Below are positions 10,168 to 25,434 of a stretch of DNA of 64,000 nt, piece by piece. The position numbers and the translations under genes are program-made. The notes beneath the pieces were generated by a model. That model was not told where the DNA came from and did not search any database. It saw only the letters and a program-made list of their open reading frames with translations. Positions within the stretch are counted from its first letter, which is position 1; every line of letters starts with the position of its first letter. This DNA comes from Utricularia gibba (lineage: Eukaryota > Plantae > Magnoliophyta), in NCBI GenBank assembly GCA_002189035.1, contig NEEC01000020.1, forward strand, positions 434,001 through 498,000, given 5' to 3'.

Positions 10168-13100
10168 ATGATGGATACTTTAGCGAATGGTGGGCTTCGA
10201 TTCCGGAGAATTCCTCGCCGTTCGCCTTCTAATTGCGATCGTTTGGACGCAGTGGTGAGTTTACTTCGTGATGTTGTTAGCTCCGTGTGTTGGGAATTTG
10301 AGTTTTTCCGTATTATGTGAACTCTCCAGTTGGATGAAACCTTGGAGCAATGGCCCCATTTGAATGAGCTTGTGCAGAGCTATGGAGCTGACTGGGTTAA
10401 AGATGAAAACAAATACGGACGTTATGAAAGTATTGGCCCATTTTCTTTTAACAATCAGATATTTGAGGGGCCGGATACTGATTATGAGAAAGGTTTGTGG
10501 AAAAAAGAGCAAGCCTTTATTTGTGTTATTAAGACATGTATTTAATGTTGGGATTCAGTCTAATTCTCCTGTTGGCAAGTATGTCATAGGATGAACGTGG
10601 ATTTTCTCTCCGTTGGAGTATACATTTCGTTATCGTTTGAAACTTTTACAACTCCATCAGACCTTGCGAGTTTATCCATTTGGTGTATTGAAAAATCAGT
10701 TCTGATTATTATTACATCTTGGTTCTGGAAATATAATGCATTCCATATGGAAATAGAAATAAATATGTTCAGAATTCGTTATTTTTTGTTTCAGAGATGG
10801 AGCTTTCTAACAATGGCAGAGTTAAGGCCCAAGGACCAGTGGATGAACAGGATGCAAGTACATCTGGAAGCCATTTTTCAGAATCAGATTTCCCTGATAC
10901 ACCCAACTCTGGCATTCTAAAGCATTCCGTATGGAAAATTCTTGCTCTTTCTTCTTTTTTTCAGTACTCTACTACTTCTTCACACATAATTGGAAATGCA
11001 GCATATTGGCGAGTCTCCGCTGTTGGCGTATGAGCCTGTTTTTGATTGGTTTAATGAGAGATCAACAATATTTGGTCAAAGAACCCCATCGAATATTATT
11101 TTTCAGTATACCAGGTCCTACCAAGTCAATTTTGAGTTTCCTTGGTGTTAATGTTTGTTCTATTATTTCAAGTATCCTTCTGTTGAGCTCATCTTTTGTT
11201 CTTAAATTTGCTCTAGTACGCTGAGAATTGCTGTCAAAGTGCTTCAACTTTCGTTTCAAGCTGGTTTTGTTGGTAAGTTCATGTGTTTGTTGCGTGGATA
11301 ATGCTGCTATCATGCAACTTCTTTTCCTTGATATTCCACAAGACTGAAGAGCACTCACCGTGAAGTGTATGAATCTCCCTGTAGAGTCTTTTCATGGATC
11401 CATGTGCTTGTACAATAGAGAAAGAAGAGAAAAACTTTCTGAGGATTTCTTTTTCCACATGTCACCGGATGAAACCCGTAATGTAAGTTGATTTTTTTTT
11501 TTACATAGTGTGAAGTTCATAGGGAATCTTGTATTCTAAAGGTCTCTTCTATTCCCCGTGCCATTAAAATTCTCATTTACCCCCTTTACAATGTGAAATA
11601 AAATGAGATTTTTCTGACTCTACGTTTCATAAACAGGCTACCAGTTCTGCTGAACCTCGTGGGATTTTCTGTGTTGATGTTCCATCGGCATCAGTTTGTC
11701 TTCTTATTCAGTTAGAAAAGCCTGCTGCAGAAGAAGGTGGTGTGACATCGTCAGTGTATTCACGCAAAGAACCAGTAAGAGCCACAGACCTGGGAGTCTT
11801 TTATTTTTGTATTAACATTTTTTTGAGAAAAAAACTCTTGGTGGAAGCCCCATCCTGAAATTGTGGGTCTTGGTTTTGAACCTGTTACCTCTGACACATT
11901 ACTGTAGCTTGATGGAGGCCAGAGTTTTTCTCTGAATAAGTTATTGAAATATAAAAAGTGCACCTTTTAGTTTATGGGCGGTAGCCCACTTTTCTAGAAC
12001 GAATAGATGGTAAAACAAAATGCCTTGCATGATTCCTACTCTGTTTCCTTATTACAATATGTAAACAGGTTAATCTTAGTGAGAGGGAGAAACAAAAACT
12101 GCAAATCTGGTCCCGTGTCATGCCATACAGGGAATCCTTTGCCTGGGCTATAGTCCCTCTTTTTGAGGGCGGTTCTTCATCTGTCTGTGGTGGGTCTTCT
12201 CCGCCAGGTAGTCCAATTATTACAAGTATAGCAGGTTCTATTGCTCAAGAGGTTGGCAATATTTCACTAGATGGTGGTCATTCTAGTGGTAACTCTGTCA
12301 GAGTTGAAATTTCCAATCTTAGCAAAGTTAAAGAATGCTATACTGAGGAGTCACTCATGGTAACCTTCATGCTGATTTACTCTGAAACTAGTTTTTGCTT
12401 GTTGGTTATTATGCTTTTTGGAGTTTACAGACGCCATTGTGTCCCTTTCGTGATGTTTCTTCATGTGTCTTATTTCCTGCCTGTTTGTTGGCATCAGGAT
12501 CCCAAGCGAAAGATTCATAAGCCAGTGAAAGGTACTTTGGTGCTGGAGATTGAGAAGCTTCAAACTGGAGCTGCTGAGAAATATGTAGAAGGTGATGGTA
12601 TAAATGGTAGCTTGGATGGTCTTGGAAGGCGTGGTGTTGGCATGGATTCGCAATCCCATATGATGAAGCTGGAGCGAAATGGTTCTATAGCTCACGGACT
12701 TACAAATGCCTCTCCCAATGATGTAAGTTCAGACGCTTGCATTCTGGACTTCTGCATGATTCTGATAAAAAGACAGTTTCCCTGTCACGAATATGTTTAA
12801 GATATGATAAAATGCCTACTTTTTTGGGGAGTTTTTGTGAATCGTGATGCTAACAATGTTATTTTTCAAACATACTTTCAGTTTCAGGCATTTGACTTCA
12901 GGATTACTTCAAGGAATGAACCATTCTTGCAGATTTTCCATTGCCTTTATGTGTATCCCTTGAGTGTGAGCTTGAGTAGGAAAAGAAATTTGTTCATCAG
13001 GGTTGAGTTGCGAGAGGATGATGCAGATCTCCGCAAGCCCCCATTAGAGGTATTACTCCCTTGATGAGTTTCTTTCAGTAAATCGGATCTTCTGGATGTG

Positions 13101-16100
13101 CTTTGTAATTCATCAGGTAATGCATCCAAGGGAACCTGGATCTACGGTTAAAAAATGGGCTCATACTCAAGTTGCCGTTGGAGCTAAGATGCCCTGTTTC
13201 CATGATGAAATCAAAGTTTCATTGCCCACTATTTGGTCTCCGACCCATCATCTCTTGTTCACTTTCTTCCATGTTGACCTTCAAATGAAAGTTGAAGCTC
13301 CAAAGCCTGTAAGTTTTATGAATTTGCATTTATTGACTCTTCATATCTTGCATTCCCTGTTCGCCTCCTAGATTTTCTTGTGCCTGTTCATGACTTGAAA
13401 TTCTTTTTTGGATCTAACTGGTCTATTCATTGCAGGTAATTCTGGGATATGCTTCACTTCCTTTGTCTACCTACATGCAGTAAGTAAACTGTCCTGAATA
13501 TTTTGTGATTATTTTCATTTGTTCTTTAGCTTAGTTTGCACTCAATTTAGGAGTTGAGATATTTTGAACTCACTTCAGGGACTCCACTTTTCACAATTTG
13601 ATTTTCGTGGTCTGTTTTCTTGAAATTTTACATTCTCGCTTTATTTTGAATGTTTAAGGTCAAAATCAGAGATCTCATTGCCACTAATGAGAGAGCTAGC
13701 TCCACAGTATCTGCAGGACAGCGGGAAGGTATACATTCATCGCTTGATATGCTAATTACATCTGTAATTTTTTCTGTGCCTCCAATGAATTCCTGAATAA
13801 CGTCTAATGTGAGGATCAGACAAGTCTTATGCAAAAAAATTGTTGTAGTAATATATAACGGCAACTTCATTACCATGCAACGATACTTTGCATTTTACCG
13901 TGTAATTACTGTCCTGTAACAACTATGACACGGGGAAAATGATGAGTGGTGATAAACCATGGAACACTTATCAAGGGTTCGGGTTTAATTGATTTAGCAA
14001 TTCATCTTTTTATATTTATTATTATTTGAAAGTAATAAACTGCCCACACGCCCCTCATTGTTTGATTTTCCTTTGTTAAGGACAATGTGGTAACCATCCA
14101 AAATTGTTGTTCCTTCGTTTCACATTCCTTTTGATGTGATAAATCCTTGTAGGAGAGAGTGGAATACTTGGAGGATGGAAAAAGCATATTTCGACTCCGA
14201 CTGCGCCTGTGTTCATCACTGTACCCATTGAGTGAACGAATACGTGACTTTTTCCTTGAGTATGACAGGCACATTCTCAGGACAAGCCCACCTTGGGGAT
14301 CTGAGCTTCTTGAGGTTTAGTCATCTAACCACAGCAGTTACATTTTCGTCCCCCTTTCCTATGCCTTACGGGAGACTTGACTGCTTTTGCGTCATATGTC
14401 ATTTGGCTTTAAGTTTTATGTACAATTTTATTTGTTGCAGGCAATCAACAGTCTGAAAAACGCTGATTCAGTGGCTCTGCTTCAGTTTCTTCATCCAGTG
14501 TTGAACATGCTTCTCCATCTTATCAGCAATGGTGGGGAGACATTACAGGTGAGTGTACATATAGATTTCACATCTGGAATAATTTTACTTCTGACCTAAG
14601 AAGGAATATCAATTCTTTCCATGGATTTCAGTTCGTAAAGGCTCCAGGTTATGCTTCAGTTGAGGAGTTTTAAATTTTTTATGCCTTTTTGTTCATCCAG
14701 GTGGCAGCATTCAGAGCGATGGTCAATATCTTAGCTCGGTATGGTGTATAATATACTGTTGGTTGTAACTTTGCAGATTTTCTTTTTATGTTATGCATTA
14801 TTGTAGTTATCTTGCGTAGGGTACAGCATGAATCGGTGGATGATGGTGAAAGAAATGTATTTTTAGTGAACTACATTGACTATGCATTCGATAACTTTGG
14901 GAGCCGACAACAACCTGTGTATCCGGGCTTGTCTACAGTTTGGGGGAGTTTGGCCCGCAGCAAGGTGGTGTAAAGATTTTATTACTCGCTGATTTCTGAT
15001 ATACAGTATTACAATTTCAATTGATTCATTGCTTGATATGGATCAGGCCAAGGGTTACCGTGTTGGCCCAGTTTATGATGACGTCTTGTCAATGGCTTGG
15101 TTTTTTCTTGAGCTTATTGTCAAGTCCATGACGCTAGAGCAGACTCGATTATTCTACCACAGTCTTCCTGTGGGTATGTACCCCCTTGTAGTTCTGATAG
15201 ATTTCTTCATCCGTGATGGAACAAAACTTTGAATGTTTGGTTCTAAATTTTTAAGTCATTGAAATCTGATCTCTTAAAGGTTTTGGAGTCAGTCCTTTTA
15301 TGGTTTCTCATTATGGTGGTGGTTTGTTGTTGTGCTAGGGGAGGATATACCACCGATGCAGTTGAAAGAAGGTGTTTTTCGATGTATAATGCAACTATAT
15401 GATTGCTTGTTAACTGAAGTTCATGAGCGCTGCAAAAAAGGTCTAGGGTTAGCGAAACATCTTAATAGTAGTTTGGCTTTCTTCTGTTATGACCTCCTGT
15501 CGACAGTAGAGCCCCGGCAAGTCTTTGAACTGGTAAGTTTGTTACTTCTGCTACTGCAGAAATGCTTATGGTGACTGTTTATGATTCATGTTGAGTTGCA
15601 CTCATGGCTATTGCAATTAAGTTCTCCATCGTGCAACCAATCTTTAGAAAAACAGAAGTGAATTTCACATTTAGAGAGTTTGACATCATTATTGTGCTAC
15701 AACCTTGTACTGTTCTGCTGAACTGAAACTTCAATTTTCATAAGATATCAGCTGACCGTAATTTATTCTCAATACTCATGGTCTTCCTTAAAGCACAGTA
15801 GCATTGGTGTATGCGCCATGCCAACGTGAAATATTTTACTAAATGTACATGCTAAAGAATGCACCTAGGTTATCTTCGTATGAAAAATGTATTTAACTTT
15901 TTTCCAATGATGAAATGTGAATTTTGGTGAAGTAGGAGAATTCAATACTATGCAGCCACACTTGTCTGATACTCATTTAGATGATTAGCTTTCTGATGAT
16001 AAGCTAGCTATTTTTTGTAAGCATTTTATCTTTCTCTAGATCATCAAGGTCTCTGTTGTAAATGTGTCAACTAGAGGCTAGAACGTTTAGTAGATCAACT

Positions 16101-19100
16101 TTGTCTTGTATTGGATGATTACATTTTTCTTTCTTGTTAAATGCACCTATCTTCTTTTTTTCCACCTACTGAAGCTCTTACACTGTGATTTGAAGAGGAT
16201 GGCGTGAACATTTTGATGTTGATTTGCAGGTATCTTTGTACCTCGACAAGTTTTCTGGTGTTTGCCAGTCTGCACTACACGATTGCAAGCTTACTTTCTT
16301 GCAGATTTTATGCGATCATGATCTTTTTGTTGAAATGCCTGGAAGAGATCCTTCAGATAGGTATACTGCTGATTAATGATTTGTTAGATGTTCAGGTTTG
16401 CTGTTGATCGCTTGGATATGATTGTTCTATTGTTTAGTATCATGTCATTAACTCTGGGGAAGTCCTAAGTGCACTAACTAGAGTGTATCCATTATTGCTT
16501 GTGCAACTGATTCAGCATGCATGATTTTTCGTCTTGATTCCATTCCCTTTAAAGCATTTTAGAAGTTGCTATTGTTACAATATTTTTGTGTTTGGAAAAT
16601 GATGATATTTAGTCTTTACACTAAAAGTATGCGTTTTTATTCTTGTTGTTTCAGGAATTACATTGCATCTATTCTAATGCAAGAGATTTTCCTAACGTGG
16701 GATCATGAGGATCTATCAATGCGTGTAAAGGTGCGTAGTCTGGAGTAGTGCCTGAAAACAACGCATACATGTCTGAAAGTGTTTGTTTGGAAGTTTTCTA
16801 TTCAGCCGAGTGTTGCTTACTCATCCACTTTTTTGTGATGGCTTTTTATGGCTTATCCAATAGGCAGCGAGAGTCTTGGTGGTCTTATTGTGCAAGCATG
16901 AATTTGATATACGCTACCAGAAGCCAGAAGATAAACTGTATATAGCACAATTATACCTTCCCTTATTAGGCCAGGTTTGTAGCCATCTTTTTTAACCGTA
17001 CTCACTCTTATTTTATTTCTACTGTGATATACAAGTGCCTTTGAATCTTTATCCTTCTTCTGCCTTCACTGGTTTTTACGTTCTTGCAGATTCTAGATGA
17101 GATGCCTGTTTTCTACAATTTAAGCGCAAGTGAGAAGCGTGAGGTGCTCATTGCTGTTTTGCAAGTCATGCGCAATTTGGATGATGCATCTCTTATGAAA
17201 GCATGGCAGCAAAGTATTGCTCGTACCAGACTATTTTTTAAACTCTTGGAGGAATGCCTCGTTCATTTTGAGGTAACGGAGACATTTTCATTTTTAAATA
17301 CCTTATGAGAAATATGTTTCAATTCATTTATCATTTCATGACAGCATAACAGGCTTCTTGTTGCACTTGTATTAAAAAGAATGTCTCTCTTAAATAATGG
17401 AATGCCATAGCAGCTTGATGGTCTTTGAATAGATTTACCGTTCTATTCTAATTTACACGGTAACTGAACAGCATAGAAAACCTGATGATGGCATGCTTAT
17501 GGGGGGGAGTATGCGGAGTCCGGTTGGAGATAAGCCTTTTTCATCAAAATATTCTGATCGTCTTTCTCCTGCAATCAATCACTATTTTGCAGAGGCAGCA
17601 CGGCAAGAAGTTGGCGTATGTTGTACCATCTAGATTTCTCAATGAATTTAATTGCTTTTTCTATCATCACTATCTAAAAAACCTCAACAAATGTAGCCTC
17701 TGGGCACTCCAGAAAATGGGTACTTGTGGCAAAGAGTAGACTCGCAGCTTAGCTCTCCCAGCCAACCATATTCACTGAGGGAAGCCCTCGCTCATGCCCA
17801 ATCATCCAGGATTGGAGTCTCAACCCAAGCTTTGAGGGAATCTTTGCACCCACTTTTGAGGCAAAAATTGGTACAGTGTTTGGTTCAAGCCGATGATAGC
17901 TGTGTGTTCTTGCATTTTTTCTCAATGTTTATACTTCGAATATGTGCACTGATGTGGCTACTTGGGGCTTCATTCAGGAACTTTGGGAGGAAAACCTGAG
18001 TGCTGCTGTCAGTCTCCAGGTTTTGGAAATTATTAAAAAGTTTTCAGGAGCTGTGGCATCCCGCACCATTACTACTGATTATGGGAAGCTTGATTGCATC
18101 ACAGCTGTATTGATGATAGTTTTCTCACACAATCAACCGTTGATTTTTTGGAAAGCTTTCTTCCCAGTTTTCAATGGCATTCTTGCACTTCATGGGGCAA
18201 CGCTTATGGCCAGAGAAAATGATCGGTTTCTAAAACAAATAGCATTCCATCTTCTTCGTCTAGCAGCTTTTCGAAATGAGAATTACAGGAAACGTGCTGT
18301 TATTGGACTTCAGCTGCTCATTCGGGTGAGGATATGACTTTCTTAGAACTAAGCGTCTATGGATTGAGTCATACGAATTTTCCTTGTTCTGCAGAGCTCG
18401 TTCTCGTACTTCACTCACACAGCTAGATTGCGGGTTCTGTTGACCATTACATTATCAGAATTGATGTCTGAAGTTCAAGTCACACATATGAAACCTGACG
18501 GCTCACTTGAGGAAAGTGGTGAAGCACAACGCCTTCGCAAGTCTTTGGAAGGAATAGCAGATGAACGTCAGAGCTACAGCACGCTCAAAGAGTGTGGCCT
18601 TCCTGAAAATGCTCTTACTTCTACTGGAAAGCAATCTCCAGAAAACTGCTGGTCCTGGTCTGCAGTTGGAATGCTCTCTGAAACTCTTCTTTTGGCGCTT
18701 GATGCCAGCCTGGAACATGCTCTTTTGGTATTTTTTCTTTTGAAGACTCTGTGTTTTGATGCTGAAATCAAGAAATGCTATGGTTCATGTGTAATGCTGT
18801 GATTCATTTCCCATGTAGTCCCCAGTCATGATGTCGGACAGATATGCTGCTGCCGAGAGCTTTTACAAGCTTGCGATGGCATTCGCCCCCGTCCCGGATC
18901 TTCATATCATGTGGCTATTACATTTGTGCGATGCACATCAGGAGATGCAGTCATGGGCTGAAGCAGCACAGTGCGCAGTTGCTGTTGCTGGCGTAGTTAT
19001 GCAGGTAAATGATCTTTCCCACTTCACTTTCTTCTCTGTGAACTTCTCCTCATGTGTGCTTCATGTCATGTAAAAGCCTCCACACAGCAATACATCTTTA

Positions 19101-20632
19101 AATGAGAGGCATAAAAGCATTCTTACAGAGAATACAACAGGGCATGAACAACTTTTTTTTCGAAATGCAAAAGAAAGTATGCAAGCCTGGGATGATGGGT
19201 TTCTTAGCAGCTTCTCCTTCATTGTTTTCACTCCTCTTTTACTGGAAATGCATTCCCCATCTACCCTTCATGCATCTGATTCATTCATGATGAAGCATAT
19301 GATTGTTGGTGAAGTGAAATGCCTTTTTCATGTGTTGTTTCAGGCTCTAGTCAATAGAAATGATGGAGTGTGGAACCTTGATCATGTCTCTGCCCTGCGC
19401 AAGATATGCCCAACTGTCAGCAATGAGATCACATGCGAAGCATCTGTGGCAGAAGTTGAAGGATATGGAGCTTCAAAACTGACAGTAGACTCAGCTGTCA
19501 AGTACCTCCAGCTCGCTTCTAAGCTCTTTGCTCAGGCTGAGCTCCACCATTTCTGTGCCAGCATTCTGGAGCTTGTTATTCCTATGCATAAGAGCAGGAG
19601 AGCATATGGGCAGCTCGCAAAATGCCACACAACATTGACGAACATATACGAGTCGATTCTCGAGCAGGAATCGATTCCGTTTGTTGATGCTACATACTAC
19701 AGAGTTGGATTCTATGGCCGGAAGTTTGGGAAGCTTGACAGGATGGAGTATGTGTACAGGGAGCCTCGTGATGTACGGCTGGGCGACATAATGGAGAAGC
19801 TCAGCCACATCTACGAGTCCAGAATGGATGGCACCACACTGCATATAATACCGGATTCGAGACAGGTGAACGCCGATGAGCTGCAGCCGGAAGTTTGCTA
19901 CCTTCAGATAACTGCAGTTGATCCGGTGATGGAGGAGGAGGATCTGGGGAGCAGAAGGGAGAGGATATTCTCACTTTCGACAGGGAGCATTCGTGCCCGA
20001 GTTTTCGACAGGTTTCTTTTCGACACGCCGTTCACCAAGACCGGAAAAACTCAGGGCGGGCTAGAAGATCAGTGGAAGCGGAGGACGGTGTTGAGAACAG
20101 AGGGCTCCTTCCCGCCTTGGTAAACAGGCTCCGTGTGACCAAATCCGAGTCGCTTGAGTTTTCTCCGGTGGAGAACGCCATCGGAATGATCGAAACCCGG
20201 ACAGCAGCACTGCGAAATGAACTCGAGGAACCCGAAGCTCCGATGGCGATCAGCTCCCCCGCCTCCAGAGCCTCCAGAGGATCCTCCAAGGCTCTGTTGC
20301 AGTTCAAGTAAGTGTAGCAACCGCATTCATCCCTATAAATCCCCGGTTTCCTTCATCCTTCCTCGTACTATCTGCAGGTTAACAGCGGCGTCCTCAGCGT
20401 CTGCACGGCATTCCTCTCTGGTGAGCCTGCGACCCGGCTGCGGTCTCAGGAACTACAACAGCTGATCGCCGCCCTGCTCGAGTTCATGGCCGTCTGTAAA
20501 CGCGCCATCCGCGTGCATTTTCGACTCATCGGAGAAGAAGATCAGGAGTTCCATACCCAGCTTGTGAATGGGTTTCAGTCTCTAACCGCAGAATTGTCTC
20601 ACTACATTCCCGCCATTCTTTCTGAGCTCTGA
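10168..20632 (+). CDS. SPK1: DOCK-family ROP guanine-nucleotide exchange factor SPIKE1 (many exons; two -1 frameshifts at ~20113 and ~20232)
   Basis: Exon peptides LDETLEQWPHLNELVQSY, IMPYRESFAWAIVPLF, DPKRKIHKPVKG, C2-DHR1 FHDEIKVSLP, DHR2 YYRVGFYGRKFGKLD and GGLEDQWKRRTVL; C-terminus ELSHYIPAILSEL*. Confidence 0.96.
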
Positions 20633-21357
20633 GGTGCCTCTTTGTATCAGCTGTCGTGTAGATGTTCATAGCCTTTGTTCCTAAACACACGTTAATCATT
20701 CATTTACTTTGATTAATCACTTAATTAAAAAAATATATTTAATTATCTATTAAAACATGTGTAATTAATAAATTTATTTTTAAAAAATAATTTAAATTTG
20801 TGTTTTACAATAATTTAATATTTATTATAATGATCTATTTTTTTTATATGATGTTGTGTGTTTTGAATATTAATTTTTATAATTTTACGTTATTCTTATT
20901 TCAAAAGAAAGTTTTCATATAAGATTATAGAATGCAATTTTATATAAACTAATTTTTTTTTTTTCTTGGTAACCGATATGAAATTTATTTGAGGTTTTCT
21001 ACTTTTTTTTACATTGAGCCTTTCCATCCTCTTTGAAAACTTTATTTTTTGAAATATAAATATGTTAAATTCATTTTATTTTAAATAATGTAACTTAAAT
21101 TTTAAATAATTTAAAATATGCTTTATAATTATATTTAATAATAATAGAATATTTTGAGGTAAAATTATTGTGATTCCCAGTAATTAGTATTTTACATTAG
21201 ATGTTAATTACTTGACTGAAAAATTGAAGGGTTTATCTGATATTCCAAGTAAACTTCGCGTAGGCGATTGCAGAAAGGGGATGGCTCTCTGGAATGGGAT
21301 GCGGGAGTTTGCTTTGATCTGCTAGTGCTGATTTTGCAGATTCGTATTGAGTGATCG

Positions 21358-24300
21358 ATGGGAGAGGGGAGGACGAACAGTTCGAGCGGCGGAGGTAGTA
21401 GGAAGCCGGAATGGTTGGAGCAGTACGATGTGATCGGAAAAATTGGGGAAGGAACATACGGTTTGGTGTTCTTGGCGAAATTGAAGTCGGACCGTACGAA
21501 ATCTGTAGCTATTAAGAAATTCAAGCAGTCTAAAGATGGTGATGGTGTTTCCCCCACTGCTATTCGAGAAATCATGGTAAGGGATTTCAGTTTTTCTGAG
21601 TTATGGGATGCCTTCAGCTTGTCAGTTTGTGAAATTTGGTTTGTGTTGCAGCTGCTTCGGGAGATTTCTCATGAGAATGTGGTGAAGCTTGAGAATGTAC
21701 ACATTAACCACGCAGATATGTCACTTTATTTGGCTTTTGATTATGCTGAGCATGATCTGTATGTGAGTAAAACTCTTTTTTATGTTTTCTGCCGGTTTAA
21801 GTATTCTCATTGGCTGGAATTTCTTCTTGTGAAATGGTGGTTGTGTTTGGATATACTTTCATCGCATTTTCAGTTGAAACAAACAACTCCTTACAATGGT
21901 ATCAGGAAATAATCAAACATCATAGGGACAAGGTCAACCACCAAATAAATCCCTACAGTGTAAAGTCGATACTGTGGCAGCTTCTTAATGGTCTAAATTA
22001 TCTTCACAGGTACTTTACCCTTTTTCATAATCTAGTGCCAGATTGCATTCTCATGAAATCTCATGCAAAATTATTTTTAAAAACTTGGGTGGTTTATGAT
22101 GACTATTTGTAGATATGAGAAGGTCGAATCTGCTAGATCTTGTTATCATATGCATCAGAAACTGAAATCTGGTGAATTGCTATCATGATGTATGTCAGTA
22201 AGTTCGAATCAAGAAAGCTTTGTTACATGAAAAAACGATGTTTTGTCACCCATTATATACTGAAGTTTTGAGGACGATGATCCTTGGTGGTATAAAAGCT
22301 CCACACGGCTGACCCTGTGGGATGGAAATGGTCCGGGGACCTTTTATAGACATTAAATTTATATTTTCTATAAATGATTATAATTGATTTTAAAAGCTGT
22401 TGAGCTACTGGATCCGTCAATCAGATTTCATGGCCTCAAGAGTCAGGAAACCGCTGTTTTATTTTTTCTTCACCGTAGATGGTATTTGTTTGAAAATTCT
22501 GACAACCCTGTGTGTTGTAGAAATCAATGGTTTAGTCTTTATCTGTAATGTAAGTTTCTGAGTTATAGATATAAATTCATCTTTACTCTTTATCTGTAAT
22601 TTAAGTTTCAGTGGTGCAGTCTTCAGTCTACCATTGCACTGACTCATCTGTGATGCAGCAATTGGATTGTTCATCGAGATTTAAAGCCATCAAATATCTT
22701 GGTAATCTTTTTCCCACCTTCCGGTTTCGTCTTTGCTGAATATCTTTTACATGATGAATTCTTGGATTTTCTATTCATGCACAAGACCACACTCTGATTT
22801 GCAGGTGATGGGTGAAGGGGAGGAGCATGGAGTAGTAAAAATTGCAGATTTTGGCCTTGCGAGAATTTATCAAGCTCCCTTGAAGCCACTATTTGAAAAT
22901 GGGGTAAGAAGGATACCTTGGAGTTCCAATTTTTCTGTTTTAAGGATATAAATTTTCATTTTCAGCGTGATCTGAGTGGATTCATACCTTTTCCATTTTG
23001 ATAAGTGCTGTTCTCACCCATTTTAATAAATGAATATCTATTTCTTTTGGTTGAAATACACAGGTTGTAGTGACCATTTGGTATCGTGCACCAGAATTGC
23101 TCCTTGGTGCAAAGCATTATACAAGCGCAGTTGGTATGTTTTTTTTTAAGCTTCAGTGCATTTGCATGACAAGTCTTCGTTCATAATATCTTCAAGTTAT
23201 TGTATTATTCATGATATTGTGATGCATGGGAAAGACATGTGGGCGGTGGGTTGCATATTTGCCGAGCTTTTGACTCTCAAGCCCCTATTTCAAGGACAAG
23301 AAGTAAAAGGGACACCTAACCCTTTTCAGGTATGATGTGTTCGTCTGATTGGCAATTATCGATTCACTCATGTTGCTTTTTTCTTTCTTTTTTTTTTTTC
23401 TGAAATATCTTTTCGTGATGCAGCTTGATCAACTTGACAAAATATTCAAGGTCTTAGGTGAGAAGATGATTTTGATGGATCACGTACTCTTGTTGATTGA
23501 ATAAATTTTTTAACCACCTCCTCAATCAGGTCATCCGACACCAGAGAAATGGCCCCTGCTTGTGAATCTTCCACATTGGCAAACTGATTCGCAACGCATC
23601 CAAAGCCTTAAATAGTTATTTTTCTTTTCATGTTTGATTTTTGATGGCTGATAGGGAATTAGCGTAGCACTAAACTCAGGTTCTTCGATTTATGCAGTGA
23701 CAGTCCTGGACTTTACCATGTGGTTCGCCTTCATCCAAATGCTCCAGAATATGATCTTTTGTCAAAGATGCTTGAGTAAGTTTCCACGTGCTTTTTATTA
23801 TTTCTAGATTCATTATTTGCCTGTTAGAAAAGGAATGACGTGTTTTCCTGAAGGCTCTACCTTAGGTTTGCCTTTAGTTGTGTTTCTTGATCATGATAAA
23901 AACGCTCACGCAAGTGTTGTGTGAAGTCGGCGTTTCCATTTATTCTGTATTAAAGGTCAAGTAAAATGTATGATTGTTTCCTAGGTACGACCCTAGAAAA
24001 AGGATAACAGCAGCTCAGGCTCTTGATCATGAGTAAGTTTATTCGATTTTGTTATGCATTATTGACCGTGATGTTCAAAATAGCTTCTAAGCTATAAATT
24101 TATGTTTCTCTCCAATATCAGGTACTTCAGCGTTGAACCTTTTCCGGGTCGGAAGTATGTATTATTATCCATTCTTTCAGCTTTTATGCCATTTTTGCAT
24201 TTCTTCAGCGTTCCTTTTTATATACTTTTCCAGTTTAATGGAATGTCTTTTAAAGGAAACTTTGATTATTTCAGTGCTCTGGGGTCTCCACAAGCAGAGA

Positions 24301-24901
24301 AAATTGTCAATTACCCAACTCGGCCTGTGGACACTAATACAGACATTGAAGGGACAATTAGTCTTCAACCCTCCCAACCTGTATGTTGGCTCAACCTGTT
24401 GACAACTGATTACTGCACGCAAATATTCTTGAAGCATTACTAATTAGCAGTCCACTGTACATTGTTTGCATTCCAAAAAGTATATACTTGGCGAACTACC
24501 CTCGTGTAATTTTTGTCTTCACCTTCTTTCTTAGGCGTCATCTGGCAACTCTATCTCTGGAGGCATGGGAGGTCCGCATGTTATGCCGAATAGGGGTATG
24601 CCCAGGCCAATGGCCATGGTTGGTATGCAGCGGATGCAGGCGTCTGGATTGCCACCTTACAACGTTGCTTCTCAGCCGGGAATTGGAGGTGGTGTAAACC
24701 CCTCTGGCATCCCAATGCCAAGAGGTGTTGCTGGCCAGCCTCACCAACAGCAACAGGCAAGCTTCTTCTCAAGGGAGAACATATTGTAAACTCCTGCATT
24801 TTTCTTCTTATTCCAATGCTTTTCGGTGCTAGATGCGACGAAAAGATGGCGGAATGGGAATGACGGGATATCCCCCACAGCAGAAATCAAGACGCTTCTG
24901 A
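21358..24901 (+). CDS. CDKE1: Cyclin-dependent kinase E1 (CDK8 of the Mediator kinase module)
   Basis: GEGTYGLV, diagnostic [23 protein letters not shown] and [13 protein letters not shown]; Gly/Met/Gln-rich tail ending QKSRRF*. Confidence 0.96.
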
Positions 24902-25434
24902 GGTAAACTTGTTTCATGCCACTCAGAGCTCTAACATTCCCTCAACATCAGAAAACCTGCTACATTCATGTTCTATATTGACATTTCTCATTGTTCATAT
25001 TCGTCTTTTCCAGTCCGCATTATAATCCTCATAACATTCACACTTGCTAGCTGCATTTAATTTTCAATGTTGGCTCTCGATCGTTGTTCTATCGTATATG
25101 AATCTACTAATAGATACTCACTGCTCATCTATCTGGATACAACTCAAGCGCAGGGTGCTCTGTAGTTCATGCTCTTTGTTGCACATTATGAGCTAGTTCC
25201 ATATTTTAGATATCTCAGAAACTTCGTTTTTTCGAGCTTGTTTTTGTAGAGCAATATATCATCTGGAGGATGTTTTCAACGTGTTCCCATTGTGTTGTGT
25301 ACATAAATGAAGTTTTTGTAGTGCAATATATCGTCTGGAAGCCGTTTTCGCCGTGATATCGTTGTGTTATATGCATACATGAGCTTGTTTTGCTTTTTGG
25401 TACAATACACTATCTCTGGTTTAGGACTCCACCA

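Noticed and set aside
19179-19345. Extra N-terminal coding segment of the 314-aa ORF (MQAWDDGF...)
   Set aside because: Intron read-through; the true SPK1 exon starts at the TTTCAG acceptor near 19343.
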